Origin: Malacoraja senta
Lineage: Eukaryota
Direction of reading: 5' to 3'
Length of the DNA stretch: 64,000 nucleotides
Assembly: GCA_038087875.1 (NCBI GenBank)
Contig: CM075988.1
Location: 310,001 to 374,000 of the forward strand
Notes under the pieces: generated by a model
The model's database searches: none
What the model saw: only the letters and a program-made list of their open reading frames with translations
What the model was told of the DNA's origin: nothing
Part shown: piece by piece, positions 36,384 through 48,662 of the stretch
Numbering within the stretch: position 1 is the first letter of the stretch
How the letters are laid out: every line of letters starts with the position of its first letter
Position numbers and translations under genes: made by a program

Positions 36384-39175
36384 ATGGGATTGTCAAGCAA
36401 GCTGATTCAGTGTGATGGTTGCAGTATGTGGGAGGTCAAGGACACTGCTGGTGCCTCTGGCTGCTACAAATGTGAGAAGTGCATCCAGGTACAGCTCCTG
36501 AAGAACCGTGTTGGGGAACTGGAGAAGCAAGTGGATGACCTCGGGTTCGTCCGAGATAGTAAGTCGTTCCTCGACAAGTCCTACAGTAAGATTGTTACAC
36601 CTAAGGTACTGTAAGAGAGAAGGTGGTTGATGGTGAGAAAGGGAGGGAAACATGGTATGCAAACGTCGCCGGGTGTTGTACCTCTTGTGAACAGGTTCAC
36701 CCACTTAGAAGCTGTCGGGACAGAAGACGTTATCACGCTGAGCGGCGTACTGGCTTGCGAAGCAAAAAGGGCTGTTGAGCCAAAACCAAAGAGGCCAACG
36801 TCAGGCAATGCCATTGTAGTTGGAGACTCCATTGTGAGAGGTACGGACAGAGGTTTCTGCTGGAACAGACGGGATTCGAGGATGGTGTGCTGCCTTCCTG
36901 GTGCCAGGATCCAGGATGTCACGGACAGAGTGCAGAAAATCCTCAAGGGCGAAGGTGAACAGCCGGAAGTGGTAGTGCATGTCGGCACAAATGATGTCGG
37001 AAAGAAGGGGATGAATATTCTGCAGCGTGACTTTAGAGAGCTCGGAAAAATGCTGAAACGCAGGACCTCCAGGGTTGTTATCTCCGGTTTGCTTACAGTT
37101 CCTCGTGCTGGCGAGAGCAGGAACAGGGAGATACGGGACCTGAATGTGTGGCTGAGGAACTGGTGCAGCGGGCAGGGATGTAGATTCTTAGATCACTGGG
37201 ATTTGTTTTGGAGTAAGGGGAAACTGTACAAAGGGGACGGATTGCGTCTTAACAGGTGGGGGACCAGCATTCTGGCAGGCAGGTTTGCCACTGCTACACG
37301 GGAGGTTTTAAACTGAATAAGGGGGGTGTGGTGTCAAATGGGATAGTCGAGGACGGAGTTAAAGGGAAAGAGAGTAAAGGGATGGTTAATGACCCCAGAA
37401 TTATCGGGAAAGGAATCTCACAAAGGGATAGGAGAGTATAGCCAAGTGTAATAGGGATCGATGTGAAAGGTGAGATGCGTAAAGGAATTAAAATTATTGT
37501 ATATGAATGAGCGAAGTATAAGAAGTAAAGTAGATGAGCTTGAGGCTCAGTTAGAGATTGGTAGATATGACATTGTGGGGATTACTGAGACGTGGCTGCA
37601 GGAGGTTCGGGCCTGGGAACTTAATATTCAGGGTTATACATCCTATAGAAAGGACAGGCAGGTGGGCAGAGGTGGGGGGGGGGTAGCTCTGCTGGTGAGG
37701 GATGGAATTCAGTCCCTTGCGAGGGAAGACATGGGGATTGGCGCAGTAGAGTCACTGTGGATTGAGTTGACGAATTGTAAAGACAAGAAGACACTAATTT
37801 GAGTTATCTACAGACCCCCAAATAGTAGCCCGGATGTAGGGTGTAAGTTGCAGCAGGAGTTAAAACTGGCATGTAACAAAGGTAATGCCCCTGTGGTGAT
37901 GGGGGATTTCAATATGCAGGTAGACTGGGAAAATCAGGTTGGTTCAGGACCGCAAGAAAGAGAGTTTGTAGAATGCCTCCGAGATGGATTCTTAGAGCAG
38001 CTTGTAATGGAGCCGACCAGAGAAAAGGCAATTCTGGATTTAGTGTTGTCCAATGAACCAGATATGATAAGAGAACTCGAGGTAAAGGAACCGCTTGGAC
38101 GTAGTGATCATAATATGATTAGTTTTAATCTGTAATTTGAGAAGGAGAACGTTAAAGCGGAAGTGTCAGTGATGCAGTTGAACAAAGGGGACTATGAAGG
38201 CATGAGAGGGGAGCTGGCCAAGGTAGACTGGAAAGGGATCCTAGCAGGAATGACGGTGGAACAGCAATGGCAGGAATTTCTGGGCATAATCTGGAAGACG
38301 CAGGATCATTTCATTCCAAAAAGGAAGTAAGATTCTAAGGGGAGTTGGAGGCAACCATGGCTGACAAGAGAAGTTAGGGATAGAATAAAACTAAAAGAAA
38401 AGATGTATAACACAGCAAAGAGTAGCCGGAAGCCAGAGGATTGGAAAACTTTCATTGGACAACAGAAGGAAACAAAATGGGCAATACGGGCTGAAAAGAT
38501 GAAGTACGAAGGAAAGCTGGCCAGGAATATAAAGAAGGACAGTAAAAGCTTCTTTGGATATGTTAAGGGGAAAAGAGTAGCAAAGTCAAATGTGGGTCCC
38601 TTGAAGGCAGACACGGGTGAAATTATTTTGGGCAACAAGGAAATGGCAGAAGAGTTGAATAGGTACTTCGGATCTGTCTTCATTAAGGAAGACACAAACA
38701 ATCTCCCAGATGTACTGGAGGACAGAGGATCTAAGGGGGTAGAGGAACTGAAAGACATTTTTATTAGAAGACATTTTTATTAGGTGAGAAATAGTATTGG
38801 GTGGGCTAATGGGACTGAAGGATGATAAATCCTCTGGACCTGATGGTCTGCATCCCAGGGACCTCAGGGAGGTGGCTCTAGAAATAGTGGATGCATTGGT
38901 GATCATTTTCCAATGTTCAATAGATTCAGGATCAGTTCCTGTGGATTGGAGGATAGCTAATGTTATTCCACTTTTCAAGAAAGGAGCGAAAGAGAGAAAA
39001 CGGGGAATTACAGACCAGTTAGCCTGACTTCGGTGTGGGAAAGATGCTGGAGTCAATTATTAAAGAGGTAATAATGGGGCATTTGCATAGCAGTAAAAGG
39101 ATTAGTCCGTCAACATGGATTTATGAAAGGGAAATCATGCTTGACTAATCTTCTGGAATTTTTTGTAGATGTTAC
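36384..39175 (+). mobile_element. CR1 family 'C': ORF1 (zinc finger/leucine zipper + SGNH esterase) and 5' part of ORF2, disrupted
   Basis: CDGCSMWE..CYKCEKC; ORF 36627..37316 (IVVGDSIVRG, VVHVGTND, DGLRL); endonuclease ORFs 37470..37802 and 37848..38135. Confidence 0.88.
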
Positions 39176-40352
39176 AATCCTCCAATCCTCGTGAACTACT
39201 CCAGAATCTAAAGAGTTTTGAAAAATTATCACTAATGCATCCACTATTTCTGGGGCTACTTCCTTAAGTACTCTGGGATGCAGCCTATCTGGCCCTGGGG
39301 ATTTATCAGCCTTTAATCCATTCAATTTACCGAACACCACTTCCCAGCTAACCTGGGTTTCACTCAGTTCCTCCATCTCATTTGACCCCCGGTCCCCTGC
39401 TATTCCCTGCTTTTTCTCCTCACATATCTATAAAAACATTTGCAGTCAGTTTTTATGTTCCCTGACAGTTTTCTTTCATAATCTAGTTTCCCTTTCCTAT
39501 TTAAGCCATTTGTCCTCCTCTGCTGGACTCTGAATTTCTCCCAGTCCTCTGGTAGGCTGCTTTTTCTGGCTAATTTGTATGCTTCATCTTTTGTTTTGAT
39601 ACTATCCCTGATTTCCCTTGTTATCCACGGATGCGCTACCTTCCCTGATTTATTCTTTTGCCAAACTGGGATGAGCAATTGCTGTAGTTCATCCATGCAG
39701 TCTTTAAATGCCTTCCATTGCATATCCACCATCAACCCTTTAAGAATCACTTGCCAGTCTATCTTGGCCAATTCACGTCTCATACCCTCAAAGTTACCTT
39801 TCTTTAAGTTCAGAACCCTTGTTTCTGAATTACCAATGTCACTCTCCATCCTAATGAAGAACTCATCCATATTATGGTCACTCTTGCCCAAGGGGCCACG
39901 CACAACAAGACTGCTAACTAACCCTTCCTCATTACTCAATACCCAGTCTAGAATAGCCTGCTCTCTCGTTGGTTCCTCTACATGTTGGTTTAGAAAACTA
40001 TCCTGCCTACATTCCAAGAAATTGTTATATGGTTATATGTAGATTGAAGTCACCCATTATAACTGTTTTACCTTTGTTGCACGCATTTCTAATTTCCTGT
40101 TTGATGCCATCCCCAACTCCACTACTACTGTTAGGTGGCCTGTACACAACTCCCACTAGCGTTTTCTGCCCCTTAGTGTTTCGCAGCTCTACCCATATCG
40201 ATTCCACATCCTCCAAGCTAATATCCTTCCTTTATATTGCGCTAATCTCCTCTCTAACCAACAACGCTACCCCACCTCCTTTTCCTTTCTGTCTATCCCT
40301 CCTGAATATTGAATATCCCCGGATGTTCAGCTCCCAGCCTTGGTCACCCTGG

Positions 40353-43340
40353 ACCTCTTTTGGGGAAGGTGTGACCTGTACCCAAAATGTAGGGGAGAAA
40401 GAAGAAAAAGATAATAAACAGAGAATAAGTGGTGGTGGTTTATCTTAAATGTGTATATTTTAATGCTAGGAGCATTGTAAGAAAGGTGGATGAGCTTAGA
40501 GCCTGGATTGACACCTGGAAGTATGATGTTGTGGCGATCAGTGAAACATGGTTGCAGGAGGGCTGTGATTGGCAAATAAATATTCCTGGATTTCGTTGCT
40601 TCAGTGGTGATAGAATTGGAGGGGCAAGAGGTGGGGGTGTTGCATTGCTTGTCAAGGAAGATATTACAGCAGTGCTTTGGCAGGATAGATTAGAGGGCTC
40701 GTCTAGGGAGGCTATTTGGGTGGAACTGAGAAATGGGAAAGGTGTAGCAACACTTATAGGGCTGTATTATAGACCGCCAAATGGGGAGCGAGAATTGGAA
40801 GAGCAAATATGTAAGGAGATAGCAGATATTAGTAGTAAGCACAAGGTAGTGATTGTGGGAGACTTCAATTTTCCACACATAGACTGGGAAACACATTCTG
40901 TAAAAGGGCTGGATGGTTTGGAGTTTGTAAAATGTGTGCAAGATAGTTTTTTGCAGCAATACATAGAGGTACCTACTAGAGAAGGGGCAGTGCTGGACCT
41001 CCTGTTAGGAAATGAGACAGGCAGGTGGCGGAGGAATGCGTTGGGGAGCACTTCGGGTCCAGTGATCACAATACCATTAGTTTCAATATAATTATGGAGA
41101 GGGTCAGAACTGGACCTAGGGTTGAGATTTTTGTTTGGAGAAAGGCTAACTTTGAGAAGATGCGAAAGGATTTAAAAGGAGTGAATTGGGACATGTTGTT
41201 TTATGGGAAGGATGTAGAAGAAAAATGGACGACATTTAAGGGTGAAATTTTAAGAGTACAGAATCTTTATGTCCCTGTTCGGTTGAAAGGAAATAGTAAA
41301 AAATGGAGCCATGGTTTTCAAGGGAAATTGGACACTTGGTTCGGAAAAAGAGAGAGATCTACAATAATTATAGGCAGCATGGAGTAAATGAGGTGCTTGA
41401 GGAGTATAAAGAATGTAAAAAGAATATTAAGAAAGAAATTAGAAAAGCTAAAAAAAGATATAAGGTTGCTTTGGCATGTAAGGTGAAAGTAAATCCAAAG
41501 GGTTTCTACAGCTATATTAATAGCAAAAGGATAACAAGGAATAAAATTGGTCCATTAGAGAGTCAGAGTGGACAGCTATCTGCAGAGCCAAAAGAGATGG
41601 GGGAGATATTGAACAATTTCTTTTCTTCGGTATTCACGAAGGAGAAGGATATGGAATTATGTGAGGTAAGGGAAACAAGCAGAGTAGCAATGAAAACTGT
41701 GAGATTCAAAGAAGAGGAGGTGCGGACACTTTTGAAAAATATGAAAACGGATAAGTCTCCAGGTCCTGACAGGATATTCCCTAGGACATTGAGGGAAGTT
41801 AGTGTAGAAATAGCAGGGGCTATGACAGAAATATTTCAAATGTCAGTAGAAACGGGAATAGTGACGGAGGATTGGCGTACTGCGCATGTTGTTCCGTTGT
41901 TTAAAAAGGGTTTGAAGAGTAAACCTAGCAATTATAGACCTGTTAGTTTGACGTCAGTGGTGGGCAAATTAATGGAAAGGATACTTAAAGATAATATATA
42001 TAAGCATCTGGATAAGCAGGGTCTGATTAGGAACAGTCAACATGGATTTGTGCCTGGATGGTCATGCTTGACTAATCTTCTTGAATTTTTCGAAGAGGTT
42101 ACTAGGGAAATTGATGAGGGTAAAGCAGTGGATGTTGTCTATATGGACTTCAGTAAGGCCTTTGACAAGGTTCCTCATGGAAGGTTGGTTAAGAAGATTC
42201 AACTGTTGGGTATTAATGGTGGAGTAGCAAGATGGATTCAACAGTGGCTGAATGGGAGATGCCAGAGAGTAATGGTGGATGGCTGTTTGTCAGGTTGGAG
42301 GCCGGTGACTAGTGGGGTGCCTCAGGGGTCTGTGTTGGGTCCACTGTTGTTTGTCATGTACATCAATGATCTGGATGATGGTGTGGAAAATTGGATTAGT
42401 AAGTATGCAGATGATACTAAGATAGGTGGTGTTGTGGTTAATGAAGTAGATTTTCAAAGTCTACAGAGAGATTAAGGCCATTTGGAAGAGTGGGCTGAAA
42501 GATGGCAGATGGAGTTTAATGCTGACAAATGTGAGGTGCTACATGTCGGCAGGACAAATCAAAATAGGACGTACACGGTAAATGGTAGCGAATTGAGGAA
42601 TGCAGTTGAACAGAGGGATCTAGGAATAACTGTGCATAGTTCCCTGAAGGTGGAATCTCATGTAGATAGGGTGGTAAAGAAAGCTTTTGGTGTGCTGGCC
42701 TTTATAAATCAGAGCATTGAATATAGAAGTTGGGATGTAATGTTAAAATTGTACAAGGCATTGGTGAGGCCAATTCTGGAGTATGGAGTACAATTTTGGT
42801 CGCCTAATTATAGGAAGGATGTCAACAAAATAGAGAGAGTACAGAGGAGATTTACTAGAATGTTGCCTGGGTTTCAGCAACTAAGTTACAGAGAAAGGTT
42901 GAACAAGTTAGGTCTTTATTCTTTGGAGCGCAGAAGGTTAAGAGGGGACTTGATAGAGGTTTTTAAAATTATGAGCGGGTTAGACAGAGTGGACGTGGAT
43001 AAGCTTTTCCCATTGAGAGTAGGGAAGATTCAAACAAGGGGACATGACTTGAGAATTAAGGGACAGAAGTTTAGGGGGAACATTAGGGGGAACTTCTTTA
43101 CTCAGAGAGTGGTAGCTGTGTGGAATGAGCTTCCAGTGGAAGTGGTGGAGGCAGGTTCGATGTTATCCTTTAAAAATAGATTGGATGGGTATATGGACGG
43201 GAAAGGAATGGAGGGTTATGGTCTGAGTGCAGGTAGATGGGACTAGGGGGAAGTATTTATTTTTAATTTAAAATTAAAAAAAAAAAAAAAAAATGTTCGG
43301 CACGGACTTGAAGGGCCGAGATGGCCTGTTTCCGTGCTGT
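40353..43340 (+). mobile_element. Young CR1 family 'B', ORF2 nearly complete (two frameshifts, one stop)
   Basis: Consecutive ORFs 40429..41091 (APE), 41025..41387, 41303..42475 (RT, YADD) and 42482..43246. Confidence 0.93.
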
Positions 43341-44660
43341 TATGGTTATATGTTATATAGCTATGTCTCCATGATCCCAACTATATCATATTCATTAATA
43401 ACTATCTGCACATTCAACTCATCCACCTTATCATGAATGTTCCTTGCATTGAGAAACAAAGCCTTCAGGCTTGTTTTTACAACACTCTTACCCCTTATAC
43501 AATTATGTTGAAAAGTGGCCCTTTTTGATTTTTGCCCTGGATTTTTCTGCCTGCCACTTTTACTTTTCACCTTGCTACCTATTGCTTCTACCCTCATTTT
43601 ACACCCCTCTGTCTCTATGCTCATGCTCCCACCCTCCTGCCACATTAGTTTAAATCCTCCCCGACAGCACTAGCAAACAGTCTCCCAAGAACATTGGTTC
43701 CATTCCAGCCCAGGTGCAGACCGTCCTGTTTGTACTGGTCCCACCTCCCCCAGAACTGGTTCCAATGCCCTAGAAATTTGAATCCCTCCCCCTTGCACCA
43801 TTTTTCAAGCCACGTATTAATCTGCAATATCTTCCTATTTCTACTCTGACTAGCACGTGGCACTGGTAGTAATCCAGAGATTATGACCTTTGAGGTCCTA
43901 CTTTTAAGTTGATCTCCTAGCTCCCTAAATTCACCTTGTAGGACCTCATCCCATTTTTTACCTATATCGTTGGTGCCAATGTGCACCACGAGAGCTGGCT
44001 GTTCACCCTCCCCCTCCAGAATGTTCTGCAGCCGTTCAGTGACATCCCTGACCCTTGCACCAGGGAGGCAACATACCATCTTGGAGTCTCGTTTGCGGCC
44101 GCAGAAACGCCTATCTATTCCCCTTACAATTGAATCCCCTATTACTATAGCCCTTCCACTCTTTTTCCTCCCCTCCTGTGCCACAGAAGGTGCCATGAAC
44201 TTGGCTGCTGCTGCCTTCCCCTGATGAGCCATCTCCCCCAACAGTATCCAAAATGGTATATCTGTTTAGGAGGGAGATGACCGCAGGGGACTCCTGCACT
44301 ACCTGCCTACTGCTACGCTGGCTAATGGCCACCCGTTCCCTTTCTGTCCGCTTAACTTTTACCTGCGGTGTGACCAACTCACTGTATGTGCTATTCACGA
44401 CTTTCTCAGCATCGTGGATGCTCCAGTATGGATCCAACCGCAGCTCCAATCGTTCAAAGCGGTCTGCCAGGAGCTGCAGCTGGACACACTTCCTGCAAAC
44501 GTAGTCACCAGGGTCACCAACCATATCCCTGATCTCCCACATGTTGCAGGATGAGCAAACCATGGGGCCGATCGCAACTGACATGGCTTGCCCCCAAATT
44601 AAATCAACTCACTCACACTATAAAAATATTAATCCTTTAAACTGTACCTTTACTAAAAAG

Positions 44661-45235
44661 CACTGTCCCCTTAACTCACTGAACCCTTAACTCACTGTAC
44701 CCTTAACTCACTGTACCCTTAACTCTCTGTACCCTTAACTCACTGAACCCTTAACTCTCTGTACCCTTAACTCTCTGTACCCTTAACTCTCTGTACCCTT
44801 AACTCGCTGAACCCTTAACTCGCTGAACCCTTAACTCGCTGAACCCTTAACTCGCTGTACCCTTAACTCGCTGTACCCTTAACTCGCTGTACCCTTAACT
44901 CGCTGTACCCTTAACTCTCTGTACCCTTAACTCTCTGTACCCTTAACTCTCTGTACCCTTAACTCTCTGTACCCTTAACTCTCTGTACCCTTAACTCTCT
45001 GTACCCTTAACTCTCTGTACCCTTAACTCTCTGTACCCTTAACTCTCTGTACCCTTAACTCTCTGTACCCTTAACTCGCTGAACCCTTAACTCGCTGAAC
45101 CCTTAACTCGCTGAACCCTTAACTCGCTGAACCCTTAACTCGCTGAACCCTTAACTCGCTGTACCCTTAACTCGCTGTACCCTTAACTCGCTGTACCCTT
45201 AACTCACTGTACCCTTAACACGCTGTACCCTTAAC
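44661..45235. repeat. 16-bp tandem array (CCCTTAACTC[A/T/G]CTG[T/A]A), about 35 copies, in the CR1 5' UTR
   Basis: Read directly; variation is essentially limited to two positions per unit. Confidence 0.95.
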
Positions 45236-45344
45236 CAGAAAGCAGAAATGCAAACCTGGGGTTGCTCCCAATCAGCTGCTTCCTCTAGTCTGCTTCCACC
45301 AATCAGCGGCTTCCACCAGAGCACTTCCTTTGAAGTGTGGAATG

Positions 45345-46800
45345 TTACAGATTGGGTCCTCCTCCTCTTGCTCCAACGGCTCCTGGGCCTGAAAGTACTG
45401 TCAGGGTACCTGGACAGAGTCGAGGGAGGAGGTATAGCGACAGGTGTTGAACCTTCTGGGAACCTGCAGGGGAAGGTACCTGGGGAGGGGGTAGTTTGGG
45501 TGGGAAGGGATGAGGTAACCAATGAGTTGTGGAGGGAATGGTCTCTGTGGAAGGGGAATGAGGTTGAGATGGGAAGATGTGGCCAGTAGTGCGATCCCGT
45601 TGGAGGTGGCGGAAATTTCGGAGGATTATCTGTTGTGTGCGACGGCTGATGAGGTGGACGGTAAGGACTAGGGGGACTCTGTCTCTGTTGCGATGGGGGG
45701 GAAGGGGAACAAGGGCAGAGCTGTGGGGTACTGAGGAGACAGGAGTGAGGGCCTCATCTATGATGGGAGAGGGAAACCCCCATTCCCTAAAGAATGAGGA
45801 CATCTCGGATGTTCTAGTATGGAACACCTCATCTTTGGCGTAGATGTGGCATAAACTGAGGAATTGGGAGTAGGGGATGTCTTTGCAGGTGTCTGCAGGA
45901 AGCAGGGTGGGAAGAAGTGTAGTCAAGATAGTTGTGGGAGTCAGTGAGTTTGTAATAGACGTCAGTAAATAGTCTATTTCTTGTGATGGAGACGGTGAGA
46001 TCAAGAAAGGGGAGATGGTGGAGATGGTCCAAGTAAATTTGAGTGCAGGATGAAAATTAGTGGCGAAGTTGATGAAGTCCTTGAGTTTTGCATGGGTGCA
46101 GGAGGTAGCACCGATGCAGTCATCAATGTTACGGAGATAGAGTTCGGGGATAGGAACAGGGATTGTTCAAGGTACCCTAAAAAGGGGAAGGCATAACTGG
46201 GGCCCATGAGGGTGCCCATAGCTACGCCTTGGACTTGGAGGAAGTGGGAGGAGTCAAAGGAGTAATTATTAAAGGTGAGGACCAATTCCACTAGGCGGAG
46301 TAGGGTGTTAGTAGAGGGAAATTGGCTGGTTCTGCAGTCGAGATAGAAACAGAGGGCTTTAAGGCCATCCTGGTGGGGGATGGAGGCGTTGAGTGACAGA
46401 ACATCCATAGTAAAGATGAGGGAGTGGTAGCTTGGAAAGTGGAAGTCATTAATGAGACGAACGGCATGTGAGGTATCTTGGACATAAGTTGGGAGAGATT
46501 GGACTGGGGGGATAGGATGGAGTCAAGGTACGTGGAAATCATTTCCGTGGGACGGGAGCAGGCAGAAACAATGGGTCTGCCAGGACAGTTGTGTTTGTGG
46601 ATTTTGGGGAGAAGGTAAAACCGGACTGTGCGGGACTGGGAAACGATAAGGTTGGGGGCTGTGGAAGTGATGAAATCAGTAGTGGTGTTTGAGATTAAGA
46701 CCTGGTGCTCATCTGTGGGATCACGGTCCAGTGATAAGTAGTAGGAGGTGTCTGAGAGTTGTTGCCTGGCCTCAGCCCGGTAGAGGTCAGGCAACCATGT
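45345..46800 (-). mobile_element. Penelope-like element RT fragment, frameshifted
   Basis: FYLLPKIHK..PGRPIVS (46291..46794), MDV.SL..SIPHQDGLKAL and GVAMGT.MGPSYA (46001..46408), YYKLTDSHNYLDYTSSHP (45829..46032), IPYSQF. Confidence 0.85.
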
Positions 46801-46934
46801 CTGAAGCCTGGTAGAGCCTTTTCAGTACTGTTCCTGCATCAGTTTTGGGATCCCTCAACGTTTCAGTATGCCTCAACACTGCCACCTAGTGGAACTTCAC
46901 TCTTTCTGCACGGTCCTCATGCTTACGTTAAAAC

Positions 46935-48662
46935 ATGTTAAAACAAATGTAGGTCCCTTGCAGTCAGAAACAGGTGAATTGATCATGGGGAACAAGGACA
47001 TGGCAGACCAATTAAAATAACTACTTTAGTTCTGTCTTCAATAAGGAAGACTTAATTAATCTGCCGGAAATAGCAGGGGACCGGAGGTCAAATGAGATGG
47101 AGAAACTGAGTGAAATCCAGGTTAGCCGGGAAGTGGTGTTAGGTAAATTGAATGGATTAAAGGCCGATAAATCCCCAGGGCCAGATAGGCTGCATCCCAG
47201 AGTACTTAAGGAAGTAGCCCCAGAAATAGTGGCTGCATTAGTGATAATTTTTCAAAACTCTTTAGATTCTGGAGTAGTTCCTGAGGATTGGAGGGTAGCT
47301 AATGTAACCTCACTTTTTAAAAAGGGAGGGAGAGTGAAAACGGGGAATTACAGACCAGTTAGTCTAACATCGGTAGTGGATAAACTGCTAGAGTCAGTTA
47401 TTAAAGATGGGATAGCATATTTGGAAAATGGTGAAATCATTGGACAGTCAGCATGGATTCATGAAAGGTAAATCATGTCTGACGAATCTTATCGAATTTT
47501 TCGAGGATGTAACTAGTAGAGTGGATAAGGGAGAACCAGTGGATGTGTTATATCTGGACTTTCAGAAGGCTTTCGACAAGGTCCCACATAAGAAATTAGT
47601 ATACAAACTTAAAGCACACGATATTGGAGGTTCAGTATTGATGTGGATAGAGAACTGGCTGGCAGACAGGAAGTAAAGAGTAGGAGTTAACGGGTCCTTT
47701 TCAGAATGGCAGGCAGTGACTAGTGGGGTACTGCGAGGCTCAGTGCTGGGACCCCAGCTATTTACAATATATATTAATGATTTGGACGAGGGAATTGAAT
47801 GCAACATCTCCAAGTTTGCGGATGACACGAAGCTGGGGGGCAGTGTTAGCTGTGAGGAGGGTGCTAGGAGGCTGCAAGATGACTTGGATAGGCTGGGGGA
47901 GTGGGAAAATGCATGGCAGATGCAGTATAATGTGGATAAATGTGAGGTTATTCACTTTGGTGGCAAAAACAGGAATGTAGACTATTATCTGAATGGTGGT
48001 CGATTAGGAAAAGGGGAGATGCAACGAGACCTGAGTGTCATGGTACACCAGTCATTGAAAGTAGGCATGCAGGTGCAGCAGGCAGTGAAGAAAGCGATTG
48101 GTATGTTAGCATTCATAGCAAAAGGATTTGAGTATAGGAGCAGGGAAGTTCTACTGCAGTTCTACAGGGTCTTGGTGATACCACACCTGGAGTATTGCGT
48201 ACAGTTTTGGTCACCTAATCTGAGGAAAGACATTCTTGCCATAGAGGGAGTACAGAAAAGATTCACCAGTGATTCCTGGGATGTCAGGACTTTCATATGA
48301 AGAAAGACTGGATAGACTTGGCTTGTACTCGCTAGAATTTAGAAGATTGAGGGGGGATCTTATCGAAACTTACAAAATTCTTAAGGGGTTGGACAGGCTA
48401 GATGCAGGAAGATTCTTCCCGATGTTGGGGAAGTCCAAAACAAGGGGTCACAGTTTAAGGATAAGGGGGAAATCTTTTTGGACCGAGATGAGAAAAACAT
48501 TTTTCACACAGAGTGGTGAATCTCTGGAATTCTCTGCCACAGAAGGTAGTTGAGGCCAGTTCATTGGCTATATTTAAGAGGGAGTTAGATGTGGCCCTTG
48601 TGGCTAAAGGTATCAGGGGGTATGGAGAGAAGGCAGGTACAGGATACTGAGTTGGATCATCA
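46935..48662 (+). mobile_element. CR1 family 'A' ORF2 3' half
   Basis: ORFs 47097..47471, 47428..47676, 47716..48300 and 48269..48553; highly similar to 2250-3960. Confidence 0.9.

Larger units (their letters stand above)
39176..45340 (-). mobile_element. CR1 family 'A' 5' half (5' UTR, ORF1, endonuclease), split by a family 'B' insertion at about 40353-43340
   Basis: ORF 44111..44584 (CSSCNMWE, YVCRKC), 43645..44241 (IVIGDSIVRG, VHIGTND, DGLHL), 43361..43645 and 39400..40017. Flanks rejoin as tggtcaccctgga|gctatgtctcc. Confidence 0.88.

Noticed and set aside
36138..36614. RT-zinc finger fusion ORF
   Set aside because: It is a junction of three separate CR1 pieces (3' UTR, RT fragment, ORF1 start).
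44661..45235. CRISPR array or telomeric array
   Set aside because: There are no unique spacers or cas genes and the context is eukaryotic. The unit is 16 bp with TTAAGGG, not (TTAGGG)n.
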